From positions 211,321 to 275,320 of the forward strand of contig JAACJG010000004.1 in the NCBI GenBank assembly GCA_009917695.1: a DNA stretch of 64,000 nt. The letters run 5' to 3'. The DNA comes from Candidatus Rifleibacterium amylolyticum. Lineage in GTDB: Bacteria; Muiribacteriota; Ozemobacteria; Ozemobacterales; Ozemobacteraceae. The notes under the pieces were generated by a model. It was not told the origin of the DNA. It saw only the letters and a list, made by a program, of their open reading frames with translations, and did no database searches. The position numbers were made by a program, and so were the translations under genes. Positions within the stretch are counted from its first letter, which is position 1; each line of letters opens with the position of its first letter. Below, one piece after another: positions 53,980-63,515 of the stretch.

Positions 53980-54675
53980 TCAGCGTGATTTGATAACAGT
54001 TGCCTGAGTGGCGATACATTGAACGCCTTCGCCATCAAGTATATTGTTAGGATCATTTGCTGAAATTGTGTCACTGCCTGTTTGAAAAGCCGGATTCCCA
54101 GCGAAGTCCATTGCAAGCGTAACTGTCATATCGTAACTTGAAGTTGCCGCACTGGTAAATGTGTTGGGCGGATTATTGGAAAAAATAAAATCTGCGGGGG
54201 TAAGCGTTGTTACATCTGAGACTAAGGGTCGAGTGAGGCGCAAAATAAGATTATCGCCGGTATCGACAACCAGTGAGCGGTTGGCGTCTTCCCAGAATGC
54301 TCTCGATATGGCTAGAGGAGGTCGAAAATAGACCACTACCTCGTCACCGGTGTTGTGAATGCGGTCTGGTCCAAATGAATAACAGGTAGATGATGCTGGT
54401 GATATGGCGTATGGCCTGCCCCAAGGATCGGCTGTCGCTTTGTTCATGTAGGGGCCAACCAGACCCGATGTGTCGGTTTTATCATATGGTCTGCTCTGAT
54501 CAGTTTCGAAGCGGATCAATGCGTTTCTGATCTCATCGAGATCCTGCTTGGCTCTAGAATTTCTAGAATCTTCAACATATTGCTGAACGTAAGGCAATAC
54601 AGCACCAGCGAGTATGGCAATAATGGTAATGACGATCAGCAGTTCGATCAGTGTGAAACCATTTTTATTCATCAT
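53980..54675 (-). CDS. GspG-like pseudopilin with a C-terminal extension (paralog 1 of the array)
   Basis: MMNKNGFTLIELLIVITIIAILAGAVLPYV...DPWGRPYAISPASSTCYSFGPDRIHNTGDEV is the GspG signature (G|FTLIEL, DPWGxPY, GPD). About 95 extra C-terminal residues end in GVQCIATQATVIKSR. Confidence 0.75.
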   Translation of the reverse strand: MMNKNGFTLIELLIVITIIAILAGAVLPYVQQYVEDSRNSRAKQDLDEIRNALIRFETDQSRPYDKTDTSGLVGPYMNKATADPWGRPYAISPASSTCYSFGPDRIHNTGDEVVVYFRPPLAISRAFWEDANRSLVVDTGDNLILRLTRPLVSDVTTLTPADFIFSNNPPNTFTSAATSSYDMTVTLAMDFAGNPAFQTGSDTISANDPNNILDGEGVQCIATQATVIKSR

Positions 54676-54733
54676 TATTCAGTCCTAAAAACATTTCTGA
54701 CGGTATTGCTACCGTCAGAAATGTTTGCTAAGT

Positions 54734-55513
54734 TTACAGTGCCTTAATTACAACAGGGTTTAATTTTGATTTATTGCCAAGCGGCGCGTCGGTTGGTGCT
54801 TCGACGGCGTTATATGGTAGTGATACTGCTTGGTCTACCGCATTAGTAGATGTTTCCAATACTCTGATAGTATCGCGTCCAGGAGTGAAGGTGGCTACGC
54901 CGAAATCAGTTACTGTCCAGATGCATTCGCGAAAATCAGTGCCTGCGACTGACGTGAAAGTAAGTGTGGAAGGCGCACCATTCGTATCGACCACAAACTC
55001 CGCTCCAGTCAATGTTGTTGGATCAGTCAGTTCTCTGGTGAAACGAACCTTCATAAGGTCGCCGGATGAAACCGAGCCATCTTTATTGGCGTCGATATAT
55101 GTTACCCTTGATAATGCCATTGGTGCGCGAAAATCTACTGCGATATCATCTGCGGTTCCCGCTATCGTTCCTGTATTTGCCTGTGGGGTGTAGTCCGTAG
55201 CGCGGTCGGGACCATATGAAAATACAACAGAGGCTGATGCGCAGATCTTATAAGGTGTACCCCACGGGTCTGCAAGAGTTTTGCTCAGGTATGGGCCGAC
55301 GAGATTCGTAAGATCTTGTTCTGTCCAGAGCTTACCTGTGTCGAGTTCATAACGCAGAAGAGCGTTCTTGATTTCATCCAGATCGGCTCGAACCTTAGAT
55401 ACACGCGCATCTTCAACGTAGTCAGAGACATACGGGATGGCGGCGCCCGCGAGGATCGCGATGATCGTGATAACGATCAACAGTTCAATGAGTGTAAAAC
55501 CTTTTCTTAGCAT
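54734..55513 (-). CDS. GspG-like pseudopilin with a C-terminal extension (paralog 2)
   Basis: The ATG at 55513 (MLRKGFTLIELLIVITIIA) is 7 nt after GGAGGG. DPWGTPYKICASASVVFSYGPDRATD is present. The C-terminal domain lacks the CI(A/G)SQ ending. Confidence 0.7.
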   Translation of the reverse strand: MLRKGFTLIELLIVITIIAILAGAAIPYVSDYVEDARVSKVRADLDEIKNALLRYELDTGKLWTEQDLTNLVGPYLSKTLADPWGTPYKICASASVVFSYGPDRATDYTPQANTGTIAGTADDIAVDFRAPMALSRVTYIDANKDGSVSSGDLMKVRFTRELTDPTTLTGAEFVVDTNGAPSTLTFTSVAGTDFRECIWTVTDFGVATFTPGRDTIRVLETSTNAVDQAVSLPYNAVEAPTDAPLGNKSKLNPVVIKAL

Positions 55514-55671
55514 GTTGATGCCCTCCTGAAAATTTTGATTCCCAAACTTATAGAACCAGATCAACTTATGCAGGATAAACCGCCTGCCCGGACTAATACC
55601 CTTACAATATATAAAGATTTCTTTTTTATTTTCAACCCCGAATAAATATTAGCAATAACCGTACCACTTAA

Positions 55672-56391
55672 TCACTGCGGCAGAATTCTAACCGCCTGGC
55701 TGCCGATACATAGATTCCCTGCCATATCTGCAAGTGTAGCATGGGTGTAATCAATTTCAATACTGTCAGAGCCAGGCACGAATGCATTGTCTACCAGTAC
55801 GCTGTATACAAGTGTCCGGCTGGCAACCATTTTGAGGGAAGTCTCTTCGAACAGGCCAGAGAATAATGTGCTGGTGCCATTTACGACAAAATACCCGTCT
55901 ATAGCGTTATTATTCAAATCTGCTTCAAGATTGATTAGCTTTCTGCTGAAAGTCAGCTGAATAGTGTCAGAAGCATTTTGTGTATCAACTGCACCAGACT
56001 GGTTCCGGTCAACCCACTTGGCACTGACAAGCGCCAGCGGTGGTTGATATGGACCTTGTATGTTGTCTTCCGTGGTGGTTGTGTCTCGGTCTGGACCTCC
56101 TGATATAACTAAACCAGAATCCGTTGCAATGAGATATGGTCTTCCCCAGGGGTCTATAGGAGCTTTGTTGAGATAGCGTCCGGTCAGATCAGTTACATCG
56201 CCTTTGACATATTCGCCTTCGCGAGTTTCGTATACTGCAAGAGCGCGTGCAATTTCCTCAAGGTCCGTTTTTGCTTTTGCAATACGCGATTCCTCAACGT
56301 AATTTTGAACGTATGGAAGGGCAGCGCCGGCAAGAACGGCAAGAATTGTGATTACAACCAGCAGTTCGATAAGAGTGAAGCCTTTTTTCAT
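55672..56391 (-). CDS. GspG-like pseudopilin with a C-terminal extension (paralog 3). About 96% aa identical to paralog 4.
   Basis: MKKGFTLIELLVVITILAVLAGAALPYV...DPWGRPYLIATDSGLVISGGPDRD...NLCIGSQAVRILPQ; AAGGAG RBS. Confidence 0.8.
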   Translation of the reverse strand: MKKGFTLIELLVVITILAVLAGAALPYVQNYVEESRIAKAKTDLEEIARALAVYETREGEYVKGDVTDLTGRYLNKAPIDPWGRPYLIATDSGLVISGGPDRDTTTTEDNIQGPYQPPLALVSAKWVDRNQSGAVDTQNASDTIQLTFSRKLINLEADLNNNAIDGYFVVNGTSTLFSGLFEETSLKMVASRTLVYSVLVDNAFVPGSDSIEIDYTHATLADMAGNLCIGSQAVRILPQ

Positions 56392-56406
56392 ACTTTCTCC
56401 TTGAGG

Positions 56407-57126
56407 CTATTGTGGCAAAATCACAACAGGCTGACTGGCGATACAGAGATTGTTTGCCATATCGGCTAAGGTTGCGTGTGTGTAGTCTATTTCAATACTG
56501 TCAGAGCCAGGCACGAAAGCGTTGTCGACCAGTACATTGTAAACCAACGTCCTGCTGGCAACTATTTTGAGGGAAGTATCTTCGAACAGGCCGGAAAATA
56601 GTGTGCTTGTGCCATTTACGACAAAATATCCGTCAATGGCGTTATTATTCAAATCAACCTCGAGATTGCTGAGTTTTCTACTGAACGTAAGCTGAATAGT
56701 GTCAGAAGCATTTTGTGTATCAACAGCACCTGACTGGTTGCGATCTACCCACTTTGCACTGACAAGAGCCAATGGCGGCTGATAAGGTCCCTGGATGTTA
56801 TCTTCTGTGGTTGCCGTATCGCGGTCTGGCCCGCCCGAAATTACCAACCCCGAATCTGTAGCTATGAGATAGGGTCTTCCCCATGGGTCAATGGGAGCTT
56901 TATTAAGATAGCGGCCGGTCAGGTCTGTTACATCACCTTTGACGTATTCGCCTTCCCGTGTTTCGTATACAGCCAGAGCGCGAGCTATTTCTTCGAGGTC
57001 TGTTTTTGCCTTAGCAATGCGCGATTCCTCAACGTAATTCTGGACATACGGCAGTGCCGCCCCAGCTAGAACTGCTAGGATAGTGATTACAACAAGAAGT
57101 TCTATAAGTGTGAAACCTTTTTTCAT
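56407..57126 (-). CDS. GspG-like pseudopilin with a C-terminal extension (paralog 4, near-duplicate of paralog 3)
   Basis: Same length (239 aa) and about 10 substitutions relative to paralog 3; ends NLCIASQPVVILPQ. Confidence 0.8.
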   Translation of the reverse strand: MKKGFTLIELLVVITILAVLAGAALPYVQNYVEESRIAKAKTDLEEIARALAVYETREGEYVKGDVTDLTGRYLNKAPIDPWGRPYLIATDSGLVISGGPDRDTATTEDNIQGPYQPPLALVSAKWVDRNQSGAVDTQNASDTIQLTFSRKLSNLEVDLNNNAIDGYFVVNGTSTLFSGLFEDTSLKIVASRTLVYNVLVDNAFVPGSDSIEIDYTHATLADMANNLCIASQPVVILPQ

Positions 57127-57140
57127 AACATACCTCTCTA

Positions 57141-57863
57141 TTACTGGGGAAGGATGAGAACTGGCTGGCTACCTATGCATTGATTGCCGGCGGCGTCCAG
57201 TAGTGTGGTGTGATTAGATTTGATCTGTACGCTGTCTGAACCAGGGACAAAGGCGTTATCCAGCAGAACATTATATACTACAGTTTTGCTTGCTACAATC
57301 TTTGCGCTGGTCTCTTCAAATAGTGTTGCGAAGGCTGTTGTAGTGCCGAGCATGCTGAAGTAATTGTTTGCGCTGGAATCAAAAAGACCCTGTGTCGATG
57401 GCGCGAGTATGCGGCTGAATGTTAACTGGATAGCGTCGCTGGCATTTTGAATGTCTACCGCGCCAGACTGGTTTCTATCAACCCATTTGGCACTTACTAA
57501 GGCGAGAGGCGGCTGGTAAGGAACCTGTATGTTGTCTTCAGTGGATGTGACCAATCGGTCTGGGCCACCAGAAATGACAAGACCCGAATCAGTGGCGATC
57601 GTATATGGACGACCCCAGGGATCAATGGGAGCTTTGTTGAGGTAGCGGCCGGTGAGATCGGCAACCGTTCCTTTGGTGTAATCGCCTTCGCGAGTCTCGT
57701 AGACTGCAAGGGCGCGGGCGATTTCTTCGAGGTCGGTTTTGGCTTTGGCGATTCTTGATTCGGCGACGTAGTTCTGCACGTAGGGCAGAGCGGCGCCGGC
57801 CAGGATCGCCAGGATGGTGATGACCACCAGCAGTTCGATCAGTGTAAAGCCTCGTTTTATCAT
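57141..57863 (-). CDS. GspG-like pseudopilin with a C-terminal extension (paralog 5)
   Basis: The ATG at 57863 (MIKRGFTLIELL) is preceded by AAGGAG..GAGGAAG. DPWGRPYTIATDSGLVISGGPDR is present and the protein ends QCIGSQPVLILPQ. The ORF-track start at 57932 would overlap the upstream gene. Confidence 0.75.
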   Translation of the reverse strand: MIKRGFTLIELLVVITILAILAGAALPYVQNYVAESRIAKAKTDLEEIARALAVYETREGDYTKGTVADLTGRYLNKAPIDPWGRPYTIATDSGLVISGGPDRLVTSTEDNIQVPYQPPLALVSAKWVDRNQSGAVDIQNASDAIQLTFSRILAPSTQGLFDSSANNYFSMLGTTTAFATLFEETSAKIVASKTVVYNVLLDNAFVPGSDSVQIKSNHTTLLDAAGNQCIGSQPVLILPQ

Positions 57864-57889
57864 AACTTCCTCAATCTCCTTCGGATATA

Positions 57890-58627
57890 TTACCTTGCTG
57901 ATATAATAGTCATCGGCTGGCTGGCAATGCACTTGTTGCCGGTGCCGGAAGCCAGGTCGAGAATGCCATCGCCGTTGTCCACCCAGAAAGTGTCACTACC
58001 GGGGCCGAATACATCTTTTGCGCCGGTTGCGACAGGAATAATAATCAAATTACCGGAACTGTCAAGTTTCAATTCTGTCCAAGCTACTGCCGTGGCAATA
58101 TCATACTGACTCGACCAGCCAAAAAAGGTGTGGGCGTTGGCCAGATCATCTACAGCGTCACTGTTGGAGGCTATTTTGCGAGAAAAATACAATTGCAGAT
58201 AGTCGGGAATATTTTGCGTATCGACTGCTCCTGACTGATTGGCGTCGACCCATTTTACGCTGACAAGTGCCAGTGGCGGCTGGTAATTGGTGACTATATC
58301 GTCAGCGGTGAAATCAAGGCGGTCTGGGCCGGCTGAAAAAACGATGCCGGTGCCCGTTGCCACCACAAAGGGCTTGCCCCATGGGTCGATCGGTGAGGCG
58401 TTGAGATAACGCCCGGTCAGCAGGCTGACGTCTTCGGAATTATAGGCGCCTTCGCGAGTTTCGTAGATCGCCAGAGCTCTTCTGATTTCTTCAAGGTCAG
58501 ATTTGGCTTTGCTGATGCGGCTTTCCGCAACGTATCCCTGCACGTAGGGCAGGGCGGCGCCGACAAGGATGGCGATAATAGTTATCACCACCAGCAATTC
58601 AATCAGTGTAAAGCCCTTTTTACGCAT
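57890..58627 (-). CDS. GspG-like pseudopilin with a C-terminal extension (paralog 6)
   Basis: MRKKGFTLIELLVVITIIA...DPWGKPFVVATGTGIVFSAGPDR...KCIASQPMTIISAR; AAGGAAG RBS 9 nt upstream. Confidence 0.75.
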   Translation of the reverse strand: MRKKGFTLIELLVVITIIAILVGAALPYVQGYVAESRISKAKSDLEEIRRALAIYETREGAYNSEDVSLLTGRYLNASPIDPWGKPFVVATGTGIVFSAGPDRLDFTADDIVTNYQPPLALVSVKWVDANQSGAVDTQNIPDYLQLYFSRKIASNSDAVDDLANAHTFFGWSSQYDIATAVAWTELKLDSSGNLIIIPVATGAKDVFGPGSDTFWVDNGDGILDLASGTGNKCIASQPMTIISAR

Positions 58628-58929
58628 CTTTTTTAACTTCCTTGTTGTAAGCGCAGCTTCCTAATACTATTATCACAGTTTTTCAAAATCCTATAAAAAA
58701 TCTTTCGTTCAAGATAAATAAATATTTCTTTATTTTATTACGCAAAAGCCGTACCTGGTATTATTGGTGTCGAAGGGAAGCGTCGCAACACGCCCCTACG
58801 ATTCATGACAATGAAAACGGATTGGTGGAGGGGGGCAATGACATAGTAATCGCGAGGTTTTTTTGCCTCAATTGGGAAAATTTCCCTGTAAAAATAGATA
58901 AAGTTTTATTGTTCTGAGGAAATTTTGGC

Positions 58930-59727
58930 TCAGCGCTTTTTCTTTTCAATTATGACACCTTCCTGGCGCTGTAATGGCTGAGGTTTCGGCGAAAGATCCA
59001 CTATGCTTTCGATATATTCTCGTGGATATAGTCGGGTTTCGCCGGGTACCAGGGTTGGACCATCGGGAGGCGCGAATTCGATTTTCAGGTTGAATGGGGT
59101 GTCGCCGGCCTGTATTTTCGCTGAGCCCAGCGCTTTGACCGGGTTTGTCGTTTCAAAGTCAATCACGACAGGGTTGATCAGTTGCGCTGGCCGCGACAGT
59201 CGTACGTCGATGTAGTCGCCAAAGTCCAGCAGATTGTTGAGGTTGGTATCTACATGTTCTGCCCGTGTTATGAAGAATGCCGCCGGCATGTAAGATAAAA
59301 CGACGTCGTCAGTCCAGGTTGCAACAGTAGTAACCTGAGCAACTCCATCCGGTCCAGTGGAAAAAACTATGCCGGTATTGGCGTCATGCCGGTAATAGTT
59401 TCCCCAGGGGTCGCGTGGTGGTTCTTTCTCGAGATAGTTCCCGACGAAAGTGCCAAGCAGTTGCGGTGAAAAGGTAGCTATTTCAAAAGTTCGATTCTCT
59501 TTGATGTTGAACAGTCTTATCGATTTGATCAACTCTTCGATATCGGCTCGGGCCCGCCCGATGCGTGCTGCTTCGATATGCCGCGTGTATTCTTTGATTG
59601 CGAAGATCATCAACGTCGAAATGATCAGAAGCGAGACCAGCAGTTCTATCAGTGTGAAGCCGGCAGATCGGCTAGTTTCCGCTCTGCAACTATGTCTGCT
59701 GACTTTTATTGAGATTTCATCCATCAT
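58930..59727 (-). CDS. Pseudopilin-like protein with an unusually long (about 22 aa) leader before the G|FTLIELL cleavage site (paralog 7, divergent)
   Basis: MMDEISIKVSRHSCRAETSRSAG|FTLIELLVSLLIISTLMIFAIKEY...DPWGNYYRHDANTGIVFSTGPDG; weak RBS. Confidence 0.6.
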   Translation of the reverse strand: MMDEISIKVSRHSCRAETSRSAGFTLIELLVSLLIISTLMIFAIKEYTRHIEAARIGRARADIEELIKSIRLFNIKENRTFEIATFSPQLLGTFVGNYLEKEPPRDPWGNYYRHDANTGIVFSTGPDGVAQVTTVATWTDDVVLSYMPAAFFITRAEHVDTNLNNLLDFGDYIDVRLSRPAQLINPVVIDFETTNPVKALGSAKIQAGDTPFNLKIEFAPPDGPTLVPGETRLYPREYIESIVDLSPKPQPLQRQEGVIIEKKKR

Positions 59728-59815
59728 GCTGGTTATTCTCTAGATTGTATCACACTGCTTGTGAGATTGCTTCGTCGGCCTATGGCCTCCTCGCAATGAC
59801 ATTGAGCAGGCCTTG

Positions 59816-61729
59816 TCAGTTGCTGGCACTGTAGTATTCGCCTTCAGCCGTATCGTCAACGTTAACCAGTCGTGGAGTTACCAGCATGATCATCTCGCGC
59901 TCTTCTTCTGATGATTTGGTGTTGGTAAGCAGCGTGCGCAACATCGGAATCTTGTTGAGCAGGGCGGGAGAATTCTTGATATTGCGGTTGGTGTGACTGA
60001 TCAGACCGCCAAGCACGATTGTCTCGCCATCCTTGATGCGGACATAGGTCTTGGTCGATTTGGTAGCGAAGCGATACTGGCCGTCTTCGTTCGGTTCGCC
60101 ATCGATGTCGGTGATCTCGGTGACGAGGTCCAGGCTGATTTCATTGTCACGACTGATTTCGGGCGTGACGTTGAGTTCGATGCCGACTTCTACATCCTTG
60201 TAGCGCTTGAGCGACTGGGTGGTGGTAGTATAAACCGCGTAGGGACTTGAAGCGGTGGTTGCGTAATCGTAATATGGTACCGGAATAGTGCGGCCGATGA
60301 ATATGCGGGCCGGTTTTTTGTGGACGGCGCGAATCTTTGGACTGGCAAGCACTTTGGCACCTTCAGTTTCTTCAAGGAAGCTGAGGCGGGCGGGAAGGGC
60401 GTAGCTGGTCGGCAGTCGGCCGATGTCGGCAACGTCTATTGCATAGTTGGCTTTGCCGAGGCTGTCGACCTGCTTGATACCAAGATCTTTCAGGCTGCTG
60501 CGGTTGATTTCGACGAGCTTAACCTCGATGACCGCCTGTTTAACCTTCTCATCGATACTGTCGATGATTTTGGCAATCAAGTTGAGGTTTTCGGCGGTGT
60601 CATATACTGACAAGGTATTGATGCGTTCATTGATCGAGAAATTCTCGGTGTTAATTTTTTCACTGAGCGATTTGCTGCTTTTAATAAGGTTTGCTACCTC
60701 ATCTGGCGCGGCGTTGACCAGCTTGAACGTGCGGAACTGCTTGTTGCCAAAGTCGCTTGCGCTCTCGCGTGCCAAAATCACAAATGTGTTGTCATTGTGT
60801 GGTTTTTTCACAAGATCATTTGTTTGAATCAGAAGATCGAGCAGCTCATCGAGGTTGAGGTTCTCGACATAGAAGTTAACTTTTTTGTCTTCAACACTGT
60901 CATGAATGATCAGGTTGACATTCATCATCTTAGACAGCGTCTGTAGAGCATCTTTGAGGCTCAGGTCGCGGAACAACAGTTCACGGGCCATTCTGCTGCT
61001 GTCGGTACCGAGAGAGATGACAGTAAGATCTCTACCCTTGAGAGTATATTGGAAGTTTCTTTGAAGAAGAAGATTCTTGAGCACTTCGCGCAGTGTGACG
61101 TCCTGAGCATGTACACTGAACTTGCCAGTTACACCGGCATCAGCAAACACCCTGAGATTGAACTTTACAGCCAGAGCATTGAGGATCGTCATCAGGTCTT
61201 CCTGGTCGAAGCTCAGGCTGATGCGAGAATCGAGTGCGGTTTTCGATTCGTAATCAGTGGTGGCGCCAGTTATGCCGGCAGTGCTCTCACTGTATAGATG
61301 ACTGGTCTGCCCGCTCGGCCGGGCTGGGCGTATGGCTTCCAGAACCAGGCTTTTGCCGACACGCGCCGGTTTGATTCTGGTGGGTTCGTTAAGAACGATA
61401 ATGGCCCTGACCACGTCAGGGCTGCTGCTTACCTGGCTTATGCGCATAAATTTAACCAGCGGATGAGGAGCGGGGATGATAGTGCTGGTGCCGGAATATT
61501 CCCAGTCGTAATAATCGACCCGGATAACCTGTGGTGTTTCGACTTCGAAACCAAATTCTTTTGTCTCGTGGTCAGGAAACAGCACGATTGCGTTTGCTCC
61601 CTGTGTGCCGAGTCTGAGCTCAGAAAGTTTTTCCGAGGCAAAACCCGGCGTACATAAAGCTGTGACCAGCAGCAATACCAGCGCCATTTTTGCGCTGAAT
61701 GCAGCTGCGCGTGCAGTTTTAAACTTCAT
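59816..61729 (-). CDS. Secretin (GspD/PilQ family outer-membrane channel)
   Basis: The ATG at 61729 (MKFKTARAAAFSAKMALVLLLVTALCTPGFA, a signal peptide) is 6 nt after GAAGGAG; the ORF-track start is a TTG inside the RBS. There are N-domain repeats, and the C-terminal secretin domain is clear (GETIVLGGLISHTNRNIKNSPALLNKIPMLRTLL...IMLVTPRLV). Confidence 0.8.
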   Translation of the reverse strand: MKFKTARAAAFSAKMALVLLLVTALCTPGFASEKLSELRLGTQGANAIVLFPDHETKEFGFEVETPQVIRVDYYDWEYSGTSTIIPAPHPLVKFMRISQVSSSPDVVRAIIVLNEPTRIKPARVGKSLVLEAIRPARPSGQTSHLYSESTAGITGATTDYESKTALDSRISLSFDQEDLMTILNALAVKFNLRVFADAGVTGKFSVHAQDVTLREVLKNLLLQRNFQYTLKGRDLTVISLGTDSSRMARELLFRDLSLKDALQTLSKMMNVNLIIHDSVEDKKVNFYVENLNLDELLDLLIQTNDLVKKPHNDNTFVILARESASDFGNKQFRTFKLVNAAPDEVANLIKSSKSLSEKINTENFSINERINTLSVYDTAENLNLIAKIIDSIDEKVKQAVIEVKLVEINRSSLKDLGIKQVDSLGKANYAIDVADIGRLPTSYALPARLSFLEETEGAKVLASPKIRAVHKKPARIFIGRTIPVPYYDYATTASSPYAVYTTTTQSLKRYKDVEVGIELNVTPEISRDNEISLDLVTEITDIDGEPNEDGQYRFATKSTKTYVRIKDGETIVLGGLISHTNRNIKNSPALLNKIPMLRTLLTNTKSSEEEREMIMLVTPRLVNVDDTAEGEYYSASN

Positions 61730-61857
61730 AAACCGCTCCTTCAATTTATGCTTGATCAGGAAAGAACATCCCCACTATCAATGTCGGCACTTTGCATCGC
61801 AAAGTTTAGTTTCCTCTCAAAAATACATGAAAGATAAGAAGATTTCGCACAAAGACA

Positions 61858-62100
61858 CAAAGGCGCTAAGAAGAGAAGTCAGAAGAGTTATCCGCAGATT
61901 ACACCGATGGCACAGATTATTTTAGGGTAAGCAGGCCGTGGTTTGCCATGCTTGAGGCGCTAAGAGAGTTTGAGGTTCTTTGAGTTGGCAAAAGATCTCA
62001 CGCAGAGACGCTGCGGCGCGGAGAAGAAAAGTCAGAAGAGTTATCCGCAGATTACACAGATGGCACAGATTTTTTTTGAGAGTTAGCAGGCCTTAGTTTT
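61858..62100. repeat. Tandem direct repeat (two units of about 95 and 140 bp) in the secretin-gspF spacer, each containing GAAGAGTTATCCGCAGATTACACMGATGGCACAGATT
   Basis: Units begin at about 61863 and about 61957. A reverse-orientation partner, CAAATCTGCGGCTGGGG, lies at 62274-62290. Confidence 0.55.
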
Positions 62101-62162
62101 TGTTTGTTGTTCAGAGGGATCCTGTGACTTCGCGCAGTTACGGTAAAGATGAATGGAACAAT

Positions 62163-62199
62163 GTCATTCTGCGCGTAGCAACGCGAAGTCGCAGAATCC
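62163..62199. repeat. GTCATTCTGCGCG...GAAGTCGCAGAATCC palindromic REP-like element; a second copy of the GATCCTGYGACTTCGCGCAG..ACGGTAAAG direct repeat flanks it (62117 and 62221)
   Basis: About 90% identical to 47889-47925. Confidence 0.55.
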
Positions 62200-62336
62200 A
62201 TGCTTCTTGCCGCTCAATGAGATCCTGCGACTTCGCGCAGGATGACGGTAAAGGAGGTCTGCTTGAACTTGGCTGCAAATCTGCGGCTGGGGTTTTGGCT
62301 GCTTCTTTGTGGCTCTGAGGCTTTGCGCGCGTATTC

Positions 62337-63500
62337 TTACATCGCGCCGGGGAGGGCGCCGCCGGCAGTGGAACCACCGGTAACGACGCGGGCCATTCTG
62401 AAGATCGGCAGATACATGGCGAGAACGATGATGCCGACGATGACGCCGATTACCACAATGAAAGCCGGTTCGACCAGGGCGGTGATCTGGTCGATCAAAA
62501 AGTTGATTTCGTCTTCGTAGAACTCGGCGACTTTTTCGAGCATTTCGTCGAGATTACCTGATTCTTCACCGACTTCGATCATCTGTGTCGATAGTTCGGG
62601 CATGATATTGATCTTGGCAAGAGCGCGCGCAATCGGAATACCGCCCTCAACTTCCTTGACTACGTCCTGAAGTGAGTCGCGGATAATGTAGTTCTCAATC
62701 GCTTCATTACTGATTTTCATCGCAGTGATGATGTTGATGCCGGATTCAAAAAGAGTCGCGAGGTTGCGCGAATACAGTGCAACAATATATTTCTGCGAAA
62801 GGGTTCCGAACACGGGTATGCGCAGCCTGATCCAGTCGAAGGCATAGTGCCCGCGCGTGGTCTGGCCGATCTGATACATTACCACGACAAAAGCCAGTCC
62901 GGCCGCGAGAATGTTGAGTACGTTATTGCCGAGAAAGCTTGAGGTGTCAATGACGACCTGAGTTATCCAGGGCAGCTCCTGGCCGAACTGCTGAAACAGG
63001 TTGGCGAACTGCGGTATGACGAAAAGCATCAGAAACAGCACGACACCCAGAGCGACAAAAGATATGATCAGCGGGTAAGTCATGGCGCCGATGACGCGGC
63101 GGCGAATGGCTATCTGACGTTCAAGCAACGCGCTCAGACGTTCAAGAACGTTGTAGAGGCGGCCGGATTCTTCGCCGACCTTGATCAGATTCGAATAAAG
63201 CAGGCCAAAAATGTCTTCGTTGCGCTTAAAGCAGACGTGCAGCGGCATACCGCCTTCTACATCTACTTTGGTGTCCCAGATAACCTTGCGAAAGCGCCAG
63301 GTTTTCATCTGGCGCGACAGGGTGCCCATCGAGCGCAGAACCGAGATACCGGCTCGGGTCAGGGTGGCAAAATACTTGGTGAAAAGCAGCTTTTCGCCAA
63401 GACCGATATGACCATAAAAGGGGTTTACGTAAGAAATAATCGAACGGTTTTCGTCTCCTGGCCCTTCGACTCTTACTTCTTCGTTCTGGTTTTCTGCCAT
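62337..63500 (-). CDS. Type II secretion / type IV pilus inner-membrane platform protein (GspF/PilC family)
   Basis: The typical two-repeat GspF architecture with three TM segments; RBS GGGGGAG 8 nt upstream. Confidence 0.85.
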   Translation of the reverse strand: MAENQNEEVRVEGPGDENRSIISYVNPFYGHIGLGEKLLFTKYFATLTRAGISVLRSMGTLSRQMKTWRFRKVIWDTKVDVEGGMPLHVCFKRNEDIFGLLYSNLIKVGEESGRLYNVLERLSALLERQIAIRRRVIGAMTYPLIISFVALGVVLFLMLFVIPQFANLFQQFGQELPWITQVVIDTSSFLGNNVLNILAAGLAFVVVMYQIGQTTRGHYAFDWIRLRIPVFGTLSQKYIVALYSRNLATLFESGINIITAMKISNEAIENYIIRDSLQDVVKEVEGGIPIARALAKINIMPELSTQMIEVGEESGNLDEMLEKVAEFYEDEINFLIDQITALVEPAFIVVIGVIVGIIVLAMYLPIFRMARVVTGGSTAGGALPGAM

Positions 63501-63515
63501 AATACTAACTCCCCC

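Noticed and set aside
57863-57932. Longer N-terminal extension of pseudopilin paralog 5 (MHCQPADDYYISKVIYPKEIEEV...)
   Set aside because: It would overlap the preceding gene by 43 nt. The internal ATG at 57863 has a strong RBS and gives the standard MxKRGFTLIELL prepilin leader.
61605-62377. Short ORFs (61605-61925 +, 62100-62318 +, 62138-62377 -) in the secretin-gspF spacer
   Set aside because: They lie entirely in repeat-element DNA; the translations are Arg/Lys-rich nonsense without an RBS.
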